64,000 nucleotides of DNA, taken from an uncultured Candidatus Saccharibacteria bacterium. Its GTDB lineage: Bacteria; Patescibacteriota; Minisyncoccia; Phycocordibacterales; JACOZG01. The stretch covers positions 18,663 through 82,662 of the forward strand of contig CAYWPU010000002.1 of assembly GCA_964460805.1 (NCBI GenBank), in the 5' to 3' direction. Below are positions 17,150-26,476 of the stretch, piece after piece; positions within the stretch are counted from its first letter, which is position 1, and each line of letters begins with the position of its first letter. The position numbers were made by a program, and so were the translations under genes. The notes beneath the pieces were generated by a model. That model made no database searches and had not been told where the DNA came from. It saw only the letters and a program-made list of their open reading frames with translations.

Positions 17150-18520
17150 TTAAAAGCCGCCAAAGTCGGCTTTTTCAATAGTCTGGAAGCTGGTGCGCGC
17201 TTCGTCAAAGTAGAGCTGCACTTCTCCCGTTGGACCGTTACGGTGTTTGGCAATAATAATTTCAGCAATGTTCTTCTTGTCTGAGTTCTCGTTTAGCTTG
17301 TCTTCCCGATGGATAAACATCACCACGTCAGCGTCTTGCTCAATAGAGCCGGAGTCGCGCAGGTCAGAGAGTCGGGGCTTGCCGCCGCGTTGCTCCACTT
17401 GGCGGTTAAGCTGGGAGAGCGCCAGCACCGGCACTTCTAATTCTCTGGCTAAGCCCTTGAGCGAGCGCGAGATCTCTGTCACTTGTTGGACCAACGAGTC
17501 GCTATCGCGGCGGGGGATCATGAGCTGGAGATAGTCCACAATAATCAAATCTAAGCCATTTTCTGCTTTTAATTTTCTCGCCACCGCTTTCATCTTGCTG
17601 ATATTATTAGACGCTTCGTCATCAATAAAGATTGGTGCCGAGGCGAGGCGATCCAGTGCGTCGCGTAGCCGGGCAAAGTCGTCATCTTGTTTGATCTTGC
17701 CTGTGCGCAAGTGCCAAGAGTCCACGCGGCTCTCGCTAGCAAGCAGTCTGTCTACTAATTGCTGTGAGCTCATCTCCAGCGAGAAGATGCCAACCGATTT
17801 GCCGTGCACGCAGGCGGCATTGCGCGCGATATCTAGCGCGAGAGAGGTTTTACCCACGCTCGGCCTGGCGGCGAGGATAACCAAGTCAGACTTCTGCAAG
17901 CCTGAGAGCTTGTTGTCTAAGTCGCGGAAGCCGGTGGGCACGCCGCGCAGTTCATCGCCAGATTTGTGAAGTTTATCAAAGCGTTCCCAAGCTTCTACCA
18001 AGCTATCTTTGAGGTGAACAAACGCCTTTTTAGTATAATTGCCGATATTGAGAATCGTGTGTTGTGCGCGATCAAACACGTTGTCCAGATCCTCGCTCTC
18101 GCTATAACCTAATTCTGTTATCTCTTCTGCCGAGGCAATTAGTTTCCTCAGTGCGGCTTTCTTCTTGATAATCTCAGCATAATATTTAATATTCGCCGCG
18201 GAGGGGACTGAGCCGGCCAGCTCGGCCAGATAATTAGCGCCGCCGATTGATTCCAGTTCCTGCTTATTTTTCAAGCTCGCTGTGACTGAGACTAGATCAA
18301 TCGGCTCGCGTTTATCAGAGAGCTCCTGCATTGCGGTGAAAATGCGCCGGTGCTTCTCGGCATAGAAGTCGGGCGCGGCGATCACATCACTGATCTCGTG
18401 CATGCCGTCTGGCCGGAGCATCAGCGAGCCGAGCACCGCTTGTTCGGCAGAGAGATCCTGCGGCGGCAAGCGCAGGTTAGTCTTGGTGTTGGCATAAGGA
18501 CTAACGGGCATGATGAGCAC
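17150..18520 (-). CDS. dnaB: Replicative DNA helicase DnaB
   Basis: N-terminal DnaB domain, Walker A (ARPSVGKT) and RecA-like core motifs. Confidence 0.95.
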   Translation of the reverse strand: MLIMPVSPYANTKTNLRLPPQDLSAEQAVLGSLMLRPDGMHEISDVIAAPDFYAEKHRRIFTAMQELSDKREPIDLVSVTASLKNKQELESIGGANYLAELAGSVPSAANIKYYAEIIKKKAALRKLIASAEEITELGYSESEDLDNVFDRAQHTILNIGNYTKKAFVHLKDSLVEAWERFDKLHKSGDELRGVPTGFRDLDNKLSGLQKSDLVILAARPSVGKTSLALDIARNAACVHGKSVGIFSLEMSSQQLVDRLLASESRVDSWHLRTGKIKQDDDFARLRDALDRLASAPIFIDDEASNNISKMKAVARKLKAENGLDLIIVDYLQLMIPRRDSDSLVQQVTEISRSLKGLARELEVPVLALSQLNRQVEQRGGKPRLSDLRDSGSIEQDADVVMFIHREDKLNENSDKKNIAEIIIAKHRNGPTGEVQLYFDEARTSFQTIEKADFGGF

Positions 18521-18648
18521 ATTCTAACATCTTGCCGTTACCCCCTCGCAAGCTTGCAAAAATGGCTCAAACTGCATAAGCTGGGGATAGTCCAGTTCGT
18601 TCACTTTAGGGCAGAAAGGAGCTATTGAGACTGGGCTTTATTATTTTA

Positions 18649-19197
18649 TTAACCAATAATCTCCATTACCCGTTTTACGGCGTCTTGGAAGTGACCATCG
18701 GGATTCTCCACGATTGCGTCAAAAGTTCCGGCCAATTCCAGTTCGCGTTCAGTCGTTTCTAGGCGTTTAATTAGCTCGGCTGGATCAATATTTGTTCTGG
18801 TACGGATTAGTCGCTCTTTCACGTCAGCTAGATTGCCTGGGCGGATAAAGATCGCTAGAGCATCGGGGATTTTGTCTTTCAGAGTTTGCGCACCCTGGAC
18901 ATCAATAATAGCAAAGACGTAATCGTGTCTCTGACGGAAATCAGCCAGGGCTGTTCTAGAGGAGCCATAGAGATTGCCATAGACTTCTGCGTGTTCAAAG
19001 CAATCGCCACTGTTTATCCTGCTTTCAAATTCTTGACGAGTGATAAAAAAATAGTCTTCGCCTTCATCACTCCGGCGCGGTCTTGTCGTCATGGTGACCA
19101 GCCGAGCCGCGTTTGGCAGCTTGGCTACCAACGCTCGCACTAGCTCGGTCTTGCCCGCCGCTGACGGACCAACGATCACAATAAACTTCCCAGCCAT
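18649..19197 (-). CDS. gmk: Guanylate kinase
   Basis: P-loop GPSAAGKT and TTRPRR..E.DG.DYFF motifs. Confidence 0.9.
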   Translation of the reverse strand: MAGKFIVIVGPSAAGKTELVRALVAKLPNAARLVTMTTRPRRSDEGEDYFFITRQEFESRINSGDCFEHAEVYGNLYGSSRTALADFRQRHDYVFAIIDVQGAQTLKDKIPDALAIFIRPGNLADVKERLIRTRTNIDPAELIKRLETTERELELAGTFDAIVENPDGHFQDAVKRVMEIIG

Positions 19198-19289
19198 GTT
19201 TGCTTATTAAACCATAGGGTGCTAGCCTGAGGCTAGTTAGCACCTACAAAACACAAACGCAAGTAGTATAGAACAGAAAGGAGGTTGCC

Positions 19290-19817
19290 ATGGCGCAGCC
19301 AGAGCTTAAAGAATGTACGGTTGGCTACCTCCTTAGGGAGAGTAGTCAAGGGACGCAGACCCTGCTTGGTTTGCGAGATTCTCGCCGCTTCAGCGGTATC
19401 TGGAATGGTCCGGGCGGCGGGAGGGAGGAAGGAGAGACGATTATTGACTGCCTGGCGCGCGAGTTGCGAGAAGAGATTGGCGTTGAGATTAATAAGAAAT
19501 CAGTCCGGCATTTTGCCACAGCTGGGTTCTACCATCCCAATGGTGATAACTGGCAGCTTGAGTGGCTGGTACACTTCCTTACCATTACAGATTGGACAGG
19601 GGAACCCCGTCTGGTGGAAGGTTTCAGCATACTGGAATGGTTCCTGCTTGATCGATTGCCTTTCCGTCAGATGATGGCCGATCAGGTAGCCTGGTTGCCG
19701 TTGGCGCTCAGCAATGAGAACGGCCGTTTGTTGCAAGTGAAGATCTTTTATGGCGATCGGGACGCCAGAGTAATCGTCAAGGGAGATTGGGAATTTGTTC
19801 CAAAGGGTGGGCATTGA
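19290..19817 (+). CDS. NUDIX hydrolase (MutT-like)
   Basis: Nudix box GGGREEGETIIDCLARELREEIGVE. Confidence 0.85.
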   Translation: MAQPELKECTVGYLLRESSQGTQTLLGLRDSRRFSGIWNGPGGGREEGETIIDCLARELREEIGVEINKKSVRHFATAGFYHPNGDNWQLEWLVHFLTITDWTGEPRLVEGFSILEWFLLDRLPFRQMMADQVAWLPLALSNENGRLLQVKIFYGDRDARVIVKGDWEFVPKGGH

Positions 19818-19828
19818 GAACCACCCCA

Positions 19829-19860
19829 AGCGGGCTAGCAAAAGCCCGCTTTTCTTATTT
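19829..19860 (+). terminator. Rho-independent terminator after the NUDIX gene
   Basis: agcgggct-agcaaa-agcccgct followed by TTTCTTATTTTTATTTT. A second hairpin gggtgg..ccaccc spans the stop codon. Confidence 0.65.
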
Positions 19861-20976
19861 TTATTTTATCAACCCTAACCCAAACACTTTCTCAAACTCG
19901 CGCCAGGTTTTCTTGTTATCTGGCAAGATGGTGAGCGCTTTAGCTGTGTTCAGATCGTCATTAATTGCTTCCAGAAATTGCTGTTTCAAATCTTGATTAA
20001 CCTCTTCGCCCTCGGGCAGATTTTCTATTTTCTTTTTCAGTCTCTCGTAGCCGGTCTGCGCCGCTTGGATTGCTTCCCAGGTAAAATTAATAGTTGTGCG
20101 ATACTTGGCCTGCAAGAGCCAGTATCGGTAAGCCAGCGGCGAGATATTTTTCTCTTCTAAACTCCTGAGTGTAATAAAATTGTTGAGGCTCTTGCTCATT
20201 TTCTCGTCTTGCACGTTCATAAAGCCGCCATGCAGCCAGTAGCGCGCCAGCGGTACGCCGTGGGCCGTTTCGCTCTGGGCAAGCTCGTTCTCGTGATGAG
20301 GGAAAATCAGATCCGTGCCGCCGGTGTGGATGTCTACCGTCTGGCCCAGTGTGGCGCTGATCATCGCCGAGCACTCAATATGCCAGCCTGGTCGGCCTCG
20401 CCCAAACGGCGCATCCCAAGCCACGCCAGCGTCTTCGTCTTTCTCAAATTTCCAGAGGGCGAAATTTTCATCGCCAGAGGCACTTTGCGCTCCCAGACGG
20501 CCAGATAAAGCCCCGTAATTTTTCGCTTCTCTAATGTCAAAATAGAGGCCATCAGGGGCAATGTAGGCCGCTTTTTTGGCTAGCAAGGCCTCTATTAACG
20601 TGATCATGCTATTTATGTATTCAGTGGCATGTGGTGTAATATTAGGCTTGAGAATATTTAGTTTTGCCAGATCTTGCCAGAACAAATCTTCAAATTTTTT
20701 TGTATATTCTGGTAAGGGGATATTTTGCTCGCGACTCGCTTTGATTGTTTTATCATCCACGTCCGTGATGTTCATCACTTGCTTCACCTCATAATCATTA
20801 AACTCTAAAACGCGGCGCAAGATATCATTAAAAATATAAGTCCGGAGATTGCCGATGTGCGCGTAATCATAAACTGTTGGCCCGCAGGCGTAGATAGAAA
20901 CTGCCCGCTCGCCCGGCGGGGGAGTGAAGGCTTCTTTCTGCCTCGTGAGAGTGTTGTAGAGTTTGATCACAGCCAT
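19861..20976 (-). CDS. cysS: Cysteinyl-tRNA synthetase, short form (371 aa; C-terminal anticodon-binding region absent)
   Basis: CGPTVYDYAHIGN (HIGH), zinc-site Cys residues and KMSKS are present. The protein ends soon after the catalytic core. Confidence 0.9.
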   Translation of the reverse strand: MAVIKLYNTLTRQKEAFTPPPGERAVSIYACGPTVYDYAHIGNLRTYIFNDILRRVLEFNDYEVKQVMNITDVDDKTIKASREQNIPLPEYTKKFEDLFWQDLAKLNILKPNITPHATEYINSMITLIEALLAKKAAYIAPDGLYFDIREAKNYGALSGRLGAQSASGDENFALWKFEKDEDAGVAWDAPFGRGRPGWHIECSAMISATLGQTVDIHTGGTDLIFPHHENELAQSETAHGVPLARYWLHGGFMNVQDEKMSKSLNNFITLRSLEEKNISPLAYRYWLLQAKYRTTINFTWEAIQAAQTGYERLKKKIENLPEGEEVNQDLKQQFLEAINDDLNTAKALTILPDNKKTWREFEKVFGLGLIK

Positions 20977-21869
20977 TTCTTTTTCTTGGCGAGCCAGAAC
21001 ATGCCCGCGAGGAGCAAGAGCATGATCACGAGACTGAAGTAAAAGTCGTACTCTGGGGCAATAAACGTGGGCAGGCGAGTGCTGGTGCCAAAGATCTGCG
21101 CCACCAGATTAAGAGGAAGGAAGATGAAAGCGAGCACCATCAGGAGCTTCATAATCTCGTTAGTCTTAATAGAGAGCAGAGAGGCGTTGGTGTTACGGAG
21201 GTCATTAAAAGTTTGCCGACTACTCTCCACCATCTTCCAGACACGGCGCTCTTCACCGCAGATTGCTTGCAGATAATAGCGGAATTTGTTGCCAAATAGT
21301 TCCTCGCCAGCGCTCGCTAGAGAGCCTAAGATCTCCCTATGCGCCTTGAGTGTCCACTGGCAACCCAGTAGCTCGTGATTGATGCTAGCTAGTGTCGCGA
21401 CCACCTCGCGCTCGCGACCGGAGAAGACCTGAGCCTCCACCTCTTTAAGTCTCTGGTTCAAGATATCAAGAGAGCGCTCAGTGTCTCTGTAGACCTCTTT
21501 CAACATATAGAACAAGATAAAGCCAGCGTGGATCTTTTCCTGACTATTTTTTGACAAAAAATCAGTTTCAAAGATTTTAGCAAAGTTCTCCAGCGAGCCG
21601 ATGGGCTGGTAGTGGGCGGTGACAATAAAGTTTTTACCAATCACAAAGTCAATCTCCTGGCTTTGCTCGCAATCAATGCAAGGGAAATGCAGTACTAAGT
21701 AGATCAAATTATCATAAACATCCACCTTAGAGCGCTCGCTGGGTTGCTCTAGCTCGCCCAATACCAGCTGGTGGATCTTGTGCTCTTTACCAATCTTGGC
21801 GACCTCGCTCTCAGCCGGAGACTCTAGGTCCAGCCACACAATGTCTTTATACTTAAATTGCTTGAGCAT
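20967..21869 (-). CDS. CorA-family divalent-cation transporter with a non-canonical GMN position (G-T-S)
   Basis: Cytoplasmic CorA N-domain plus two C-terminal TM helices. The loop reads ...LVAQIFGTSTR... where CorA has YGMNF. Confidence 0.75.
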   Translation of the reverse strand: MLKQFKYKDIVWLDLESPAESEVAKIGKEHKIHQLVLGELEQPSERSKVDVYDNLIYLVLHFPCIDCEQSQEIDFVIGKNFIVTAHYQPIGSLENFAKIFETDFLSKNSQEKIHAGFILFYMLKEVYRDTERSLDILNQRLKEVEAQVFSGREREVVATLASINHELLGCQWTLKAHREILGSLASAGEELFGNKFRYYLQAICGEERRVWKMVESSRQTFNDLRNTNASLLSIKTNEIMKLLMVLAFIFLPLNLVAQIFGTSTRLPTFIAPEYDFYFSLVIMLLLLAGMFWLAKKKKWL

Positions 21870-21941
21870 GCGCGTTAGAGATATTTATATTCAGAGATAT
21901 TCTAGTTTGATATTATAGCACGGAAACTATAAGATATAGAG

Positions 21942-23168
21942 ATGCGGCGTTCAGTCTCCCTCTCGTTATTAGCTCTCGCTCTGGTGCTAGCCTTCTGGGC
22001 CGGAGCTCACTCTCGCGGCACGTCAGAGGCTGTGGCCGGGAATCAGCCTGCGGCGGTTGATCTGTCACTGCTCTGGCAAGCTTGGCGGATTATTGACGAG
22101 CGCTATGTTGATACTCATTATGCGTCTTCTACTGCTACCAGTACCCGCCCGGTGAGTGATGAGGAGAAGGTCTGGGGTATGATTGGCGGCCTGGTCAACT
22201 CTCTTGGCGATCCTTATTCTGAGTTTTTACCACCAGAGGAGAATCGTCTGTTTGAGGAGGATATCCGCGGCGCCTTTGGCGGCATTGGCGTAGAGATCGG
22301 CGCGCGCGCGGGCAAGCTCACCGTGATTGCGCCGCTAGAAGATAGTCCGGCGCAGAAGGCGGGCTTGCGGGCGGGGGATCAGATTATTGCAGTAGACGGC
22401 CAACTCACCGGGCAACTCTCTACTGGTGAGGCGGTTAATATGATCCGTGGCAAGATTGGTACTGCAGTGACGCTGACTATTGCGCGGGAGGGCTTGGGGA
22501 CAAAAGACTATGAGATCACTAGAGAAGAGATCCGAGTCCCCACAATAGAGACAGAAATTTTGCCCCAGGATATTTTCTTGATCAGATTATTCAATTTTGG
22601 TGCCACCTCGCCCAACCTCTTCCGCGGTGCCTTGCGAGAGTTCATCCTGAGCCGGTCTAAGCACTTGATCATTGATTTGCGCGGCAACCCGGGCGGCTAC
22701 CTGGACGCAGCCATAGACATGGCTAGCTGGTTCCTGCCAGCCGGCAGAGTGGTAGCGATAGAAGATCATGGCGACGATAGCGCTGATAAAATCTACCGCA
22801 GTCGGGGATATAATATATTTAATTCTAAGTTCAAGCTGGTGATCCTAATAGACCAGGGGAGTGCCTCAGCCTCAGAGATCTTAGCCGGCGCACTCTCCGA
22901 GCACGGCCAAGCCACGCTGGTGGGAGAGCAGACCTTTGGCAAGGGATCGGTGCAAGAGCTGATACAGTTAGAGGGGGATAGCGCGCTCAAGATTACTGTG
23001 GCGCGTTGGCTCACGCCAAACGGCTTGTCTATCTCTAGCAATGGTCTCACGCCGGACGTGCTAGTTGAGGTGCCAAAAGATCAAAATCAAGATCAAGTTG
23101 GAGATCAAGAATCAGATGAGTCGGATTTAATTTTAGAACAGGGAATCAAGACAGTCTTGAGTTTGTAA
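21942..23168 (+). CDS. ctpA: Carboxyl-terminal processing protease (S41, Ctp/Prc-like) with PDZ domain
   Basis: Signal/TM segment, PDZ domain (GIGVEIG...GDQIIAVDG), S41 catalytic-Ser motif GSASASE and a TFGKGSVQ Lys. Confidence 0.9.
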   Translation: MRRSVSLSLLALALVLAFWAGAHSRGTSEAVAGNQPAAVDLSLLWQAWRIIDERYVDTHYASSTATSTRPVSDEEKVWGMIGGLVNSLGDPYSEFLPPEENRLFEEDIRGAFGGIGVEIGARAGKLTVIAPLEDSPAQKAGLRAGDQIIAVDGQLTGQLSTGEAVNMIRGKIGTAVTLTIAREGLGTKDYEITREEIRVPTIETEILPQDIFLIRLFNFGATSPNLFRGALREFILSRSKHLIIDLRGNPGGYLDAAIDMASWFLPAGRVVAIEDHGDDSADKIYRSRGYNIFNSKFKLVILIDQGSASASEILAGALSEHGQATLVGEQTFGKGSVQELIQLEGDSALKITVARWLTPNGLSISSNGLTPDVLVEVPKDQNQDQVGDQESDESDLILEQGIKTVLSL

Positions 23169-23177
23169 TTAGAAAAT

Positions 23178-23621
23178 ATGAAAGTAATTTTAACCAAAGA
23201 TGTGGCAAAAGTTGGCCGGATTGGCGAGGTGAAAGAGCTAAGCGATGGCTATGCGCGGAACTTTATCATTGCGCGCGGCTTGGGCTTGGCGGCAACGGCA
23301 GAGAACTTGGCGCGATTGGAAGCAAAACAGCAGAAGCAATTGGAATCAGAAAAAGTAGCGCTAGATTTATTGCAAAAAGATTTGGAGAAGTTAAAAGCCA
23401 AGCCTATCGTGATCACTGTGCGGGCGAGTGAAACTGGCCACCTCTTTGCGGCTCTACATAGAGAGTCAATATTGGCTGAGTTGCAAAAACAATCCGGCTT
23501 GCGCTTGGGTGCCGAGGCACTAGTGCTGCCTCAGTCTATTAAGTCGCTGGGTGACTACGAGATAGGAGTCAAGCTTGGATCGCGCTTGGTGGGGAACTTT
23601 ACTTTACAGATACGGTCTTAA
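23178..23621 (+). CDS. rplI: 50S ribosomal protein L9
   Basis: [34 protein letters not shown]: bL9 N-domain, linker helix and C-domain. Confidence 0.9.
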   Translation: MKVILTKDVAKVGRIGEVKELSDGYARNFIIARGLGLAATAENLARLEAKQQKQLESEKVALDLLQKDLEKLKAKPIVITVRASETGHLFAALHRESILAELQKQSGLRLGAEALVLPQSIKSLGDYEIGVKLGSRLVGNFTLQIRS

Positions 23622-23871
23622 GCTTCTTCTGCTTGCCGTTAAAGTGGGTGTGCTTCTTGTCGCCAAAAACGACTTTACCAGAGCTGAGGGCAAAGAGAGT
23701 GTGATCCTTGCCGGTGCCCACGTTCTCTCCAGCACGGAAGTAGGTGCCACGCTGGCGGACGATGATAGAACCAGCCTGGGCTGTTTCCCCGGCATAGAGC
23801 TTAACGCCCAGGTACTTGGGGTTGGAGTCGCGCAGGTTCTTGGCTGTTCCGCCGGCCTTCTTTGTTGCCAT
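23599..23871 (-). CDS. rpmA: 50S ribosomal protein L27
   Basis: [12 protein letters not shown]...[32 protein letters not shown] is a canonical bL27. Its 3' end overlaps rplI convergently by ~20 nt. Confidence 0.95.
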   Translation of the reverse strand: MATKKAGGTAKNLRDSNPKYLGVKLYAGETAQAGSIIVRQRGTYFRAGENVGTGKDHTLFALSSGKVVFGDKKHTHFNGKQKKLKTVSVK

Positions 23872-23913
23872 GGTCTATAATTTACTTAAAGATTTGCTAA
23901 ACTAGTTAAGACA

Positions 23914-24294
23914 ATGAGTATAGACGAAACTTGGCAGGCGGTCAAGCGTTATCAGGATCAGCTCTGGATCACGCTGATGGTAGTAGCCGGTGCTAGTCTC
24001 TCGCTTGGCCTGTGGCAACTGGTTGCCAGCCGTGCCAGCCACGAGCCTCTGGTGATAGAGAATGTACCGGAGCAAACCAATAATCTTGCTGGTGTGTCAA
24101 GTGGCGCAAGTGCCGGAGCAGGGGAGAGTAGGGCGCTGGGGCAATATGTGGCTTCAAAAAATGGGAGCAAATATTATCTGCCGAGTTGTGCGGGAGCGAA
24201 TAGGATCAAAGAAGAGAATAAAATCTGGTTTGCCAGCGTGGACGAAGCCAAGTCCAGAGGATATGAGCCTGCGGCTAATTGCAAGGGGCTATAA
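23914..24294 (+). CDS. Hypothetical membrane-anchored protein with a small C-terminal two-Cys module
   Basis: One TM helix, a Gly/Ser/Ala-rich linker and C-terminal ...YYLPSCAGANRI...WFASVDEAKSRGYEPAANCKG. Confidence 0.5.
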   Translation: MSIDETWQAVKRYQDQLWITLMVVAGASLSLGLWQLVASRASHEPLVIENVPEQTNNLAGVSSGASAGAGESRALGQYVASKNGSKYYLPSCAGANRIKEENKIWFASVDEAKSRGYEPAANCKGL

Positions 24295-24380
24295 GTAGAA
24301 TATAACCACGTCGTACAATCATTCTTTTGCGACATTAAGCTTAGGGCAAAAATAGACTGAGCCCTCCCCTAGTGTAAAAA

Positions 24381-24424
24381 CAAAAAACCAGCGCTTTATT
24401 TTTCCAGCGCTGGTTTTTTTTGTT
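24381..24424. terminator. Bidirectional intrinsic terminator (A-run, 10-bp stem, T-run)
   Basis: aaaaaaccagcgct-ttatttttcc-agcgctggtttttttt lies between convergent genes. Confidence 0.7.
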
Positions 24425-24454
24425 TTTGTTCTCAGCTATTAGCGAGATTGGTTT

Positions 24455-24877
24455 TTACTTGGCTCCCCAACAAGGCTGGCTCCAGACCCAAGGCTTGGGA
24501 CCCTGGCGCTTGAGCATCCACATGGCGTAGCCAATATTGCCCTCGGTGCTATAGATATCGTAGCCAAGCTCAATGCTCTTCTCTAAGTGATACTTCTCGT
24601 TGATCTGGAAGAGACCCACGTCATTATCGTTGTGGATGCCACGCAGAGGCTGGCCGTCTTTGCCGAACTGGCGATAAGTACTCTCACAGAAGGCAATCCG
24701 GAGCGCCAGGCTCTTATCTACACCGGCTTCCTCAGCTTTGGCGGCAATTAAGTCGCGCACAGAGGGTGCGGCCTGTGGCTCTGGCTCGGACTCCACGGCC
24801 ATCTCTACTACTGGCGCCGGAGCGCTGGCGATGAGATTGCTGTTGATCTGAGCGGGATTAAGGGAACCCAAGGTCAT
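24455..24877 (-). CDS. Lysozyme-like / SLT-domain lytic transglycosylase (secreted)
   Basis: Signal-like N-terminus, an Ala/Pro/Glu-rich linker, then a FCESTY...GLFQIN...GY motif typical of SLT/transglycosylase-like domains (catalytic Glu in CES). Confidence 0.65.
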   Translation of the reverse strand: MTLGSLNPAQINSNLIASAPAPVVEMAVESEPEPQAAPSVRDLIAAKAEEAGVDKSLALRIAFCESTYRQFGKDGQPLRGIHNDNDVGLFQINEKYHLEKSIELGYDIYSTEGNIGYAMWMLKRQGPKPWVWSQPCWGAK

Positions 24878-24955
24878 GAGGCTTGCGAGGCCTATTTGTA
24901 AGATTGTAGGAATAAGTTAAAAGGAAAAACGGCCTAGTTGAGCCGTATAAGTCCA

Positions 24956-24984
24956 TTCTAGCATACCCTGGTTTTCTTGTCAAG
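24956..24984 (-). promoter_or_regulatory. Sigma70 promoter (TTGACA-17nt-TAGAAT) for the SLT gene, read on the - strand
   Basis: The reverse complement reads cTTGACAagaaaaccagggtatgcTAGAATgg. A second TTGACAAG copy and the hairpin aggggaaatatcgtcccct lie just upstream. Confidence 0.5.
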
Positions 24985-25001
24985 AGGGGACGATATTTCC
25001 C

Positions 25002-25196
25002 CTAACTTGTCAAATAGCGCCAAATATCCACCAACTGGTGCCAGGCGGCGACAATCTGGAACCATAATTTATTAAAAAGTGGTTTGAGTTCCAACTTTTC
25101 CACCCAGTGCCGCAGGTCAATATTGAAGTAATTGAGCAGGATCACCGCCACAATGAGTATAATCAAGAGCTTGATGAATCCCCTGTTATTTTCCAT
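25002..25196 (-). CDS. Hypothetical small membrane protein (64 aa)
   Basis: One TM helix (LLIILIVAVILLNYF), directly downstream of and translationally adjacent to the M23 gene. Confidence 0.4.
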   Translation of the reverse strand: MENNRGFIKLLIILIVAVILLNYFNIDLRHWVEKLELKPLFNKLWFQIVAAWHQLVDIWRYLTS

Positions 25197-25198
25197 AT

Positions 25199-26449
25199 CT
25201 ATAAGTATAAGACAGGATCAAGATAAGCGCGAGTGTCAAAGATGGGCATAACATAAGTACCCGGGCAGACCTTGCTCTTGAGCGACTGGATCTGTACGCC
25301 ATCTGCCGCGGCAACGGTGAAGTGGAGATGCGGCCCGGTGGCATAGCCGGTCATGCCGCTATAGCCAATTAACTCCCCTCGCCCCACGCGCTGTCCCTGG
25401 CTCACTTTGACCAAGCTCAGGTGGGCCGAGAGCGTGGCCAGGCCGTTATCGTGCTTGATTAGTACCCATTTGCCATACGAGGCACCGCGGCAGACGGTAT
25501 CTGTATCGCCGGTGCCAGCCACCACGCCGGCCGCCGCTGACTTGATCGGCGTCCCCACGCTGGCGCGGAGGTCAATGCCGTTGTGCGTGCCCGAGGCATA
25601 GAGGCGCTTGGCATCGGCCGTCTGGCCAAACTGCTGGGTGAGGAAGGGGTTATCCACCGGCCAAGCCAGCACGCCCTTGCCGATGCTGGGCAAGCTGCTC
25701 GGGTCCAGCACCAGCTTGAGTTGGGACTCAAAGTCGGCCAGCTCGCGTGCAAAGGCCTCACGCCGGGCTCGACTCTCGGCAAGTTGTTGCTGATAACTGG
25801 CCTCTTGGTTCTTGGTGCTGGCGAGTAGGGCTTGTTGCTTAGTGCGCTCGGCGGCGGCGATCTTCTGCTGGTCGGCCAGCTCGCCCTTGAGCGCAAGTAA
25901 TTTAGTTTTAATTTGCTCAGTATCCACCACCTGCACGCCTAGATCCGTTTTTAACTCCTTTAGCTCGCGGGCGGACTGGCTCAGCGTCTCCTGCAGTTTG
26001 ATCGTCTGATCTTCTGCAGCTAGGAAATCAGAGAAATAGCGATAGCGCACCAGCAGCTCGGGCAGGCTCTCTTGGCTCTGCTCGGCTAGGTCGCGCATCA
26101 TCTGGCGCAGAGCGATCTCATGCTCCTCAATACTGCCAGTGGCTCTATTGATACCCAAATTTAGCTCTTCCAACTTCAGCGTAGCTGATTTGATCTCAGC
26201 TTCTGTCTTGCTGATCTGGTTGTTTAACTTTTTGATAGAGAGGTTGATCGCGTCCACTGCACCCTGGAGCGTGCTGGCTTGCTTGGCAGTGCTGGCTAGT
26301 TGCTTCTCCTGTTCGGCAATAATCTCGTCCAGCTTCTCAATCTCGCTCTGCCGCGCACCGATCTGCTGGCGCAGTTCGCTGGCTTGGTCTGCGCGAGCAC
26401 TGGCGGCAAACAAGAGAGAAAAAACTAAAAAGATAAAAAAGCGCTTCAC
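25199..26449 (-). CDS. M23-family peptidase with a long N-terminal coiled coil (EnvC/NlpD-like murein hydrolase or activator)
   Basis: Signal peptide, ~250 aa of coiled coil and a C-terminal M23 domain with an HxxxD/HxH-type metal site (GIDLRA..., GPHLHF). Confidence 0.85.
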   Translation of the reverse strand: MKRFFIFLVFSLLFAASARADQASELRQQIGARQSEIEKLDEIIAEQEKQLASTAKQASTLQGAVDAINLSIKKLNNQISKTEAEIKSATLKLEELNLGINRATGSIEEHEIALRQMMRDLAEQSQESLPELLVRYRYFSDFLAAEDQTIKLQETLSQSARELKELKTDLGVQVVDTEQIKTKLLALKGELADQQKIAAAERTKQQALLASTKNQEASYQQQLAESRARREAFARELADFESQLKLVLDPSSLPSIGKGVLAWPVDNPFLTQQFGQTADAKRLYASGTHNGIDLRASVGTPIKSAAAGVVAGTGDTDTVCRGASYGKWVLIKHDNGLATLSAHLSLVKVSQGQRVGRGELIGYSGMTGYATGPHLHFTVAAADGVQIQSLKSKVCPGTYVMPIFDTRAYLDPVLYL

Positions 26450-26476
26450 AGGCTTGATTTTAACAAGAATGGCAAT

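Noticed and set aside
25459-25896. 145-aa Pro/Arg/Ala-rich - strand ORF inside the M23 peptidase gene
   Set aside because: It is an alternative frame of the coiled-coil region of a well-supported gene, and its composition is low-complexity.
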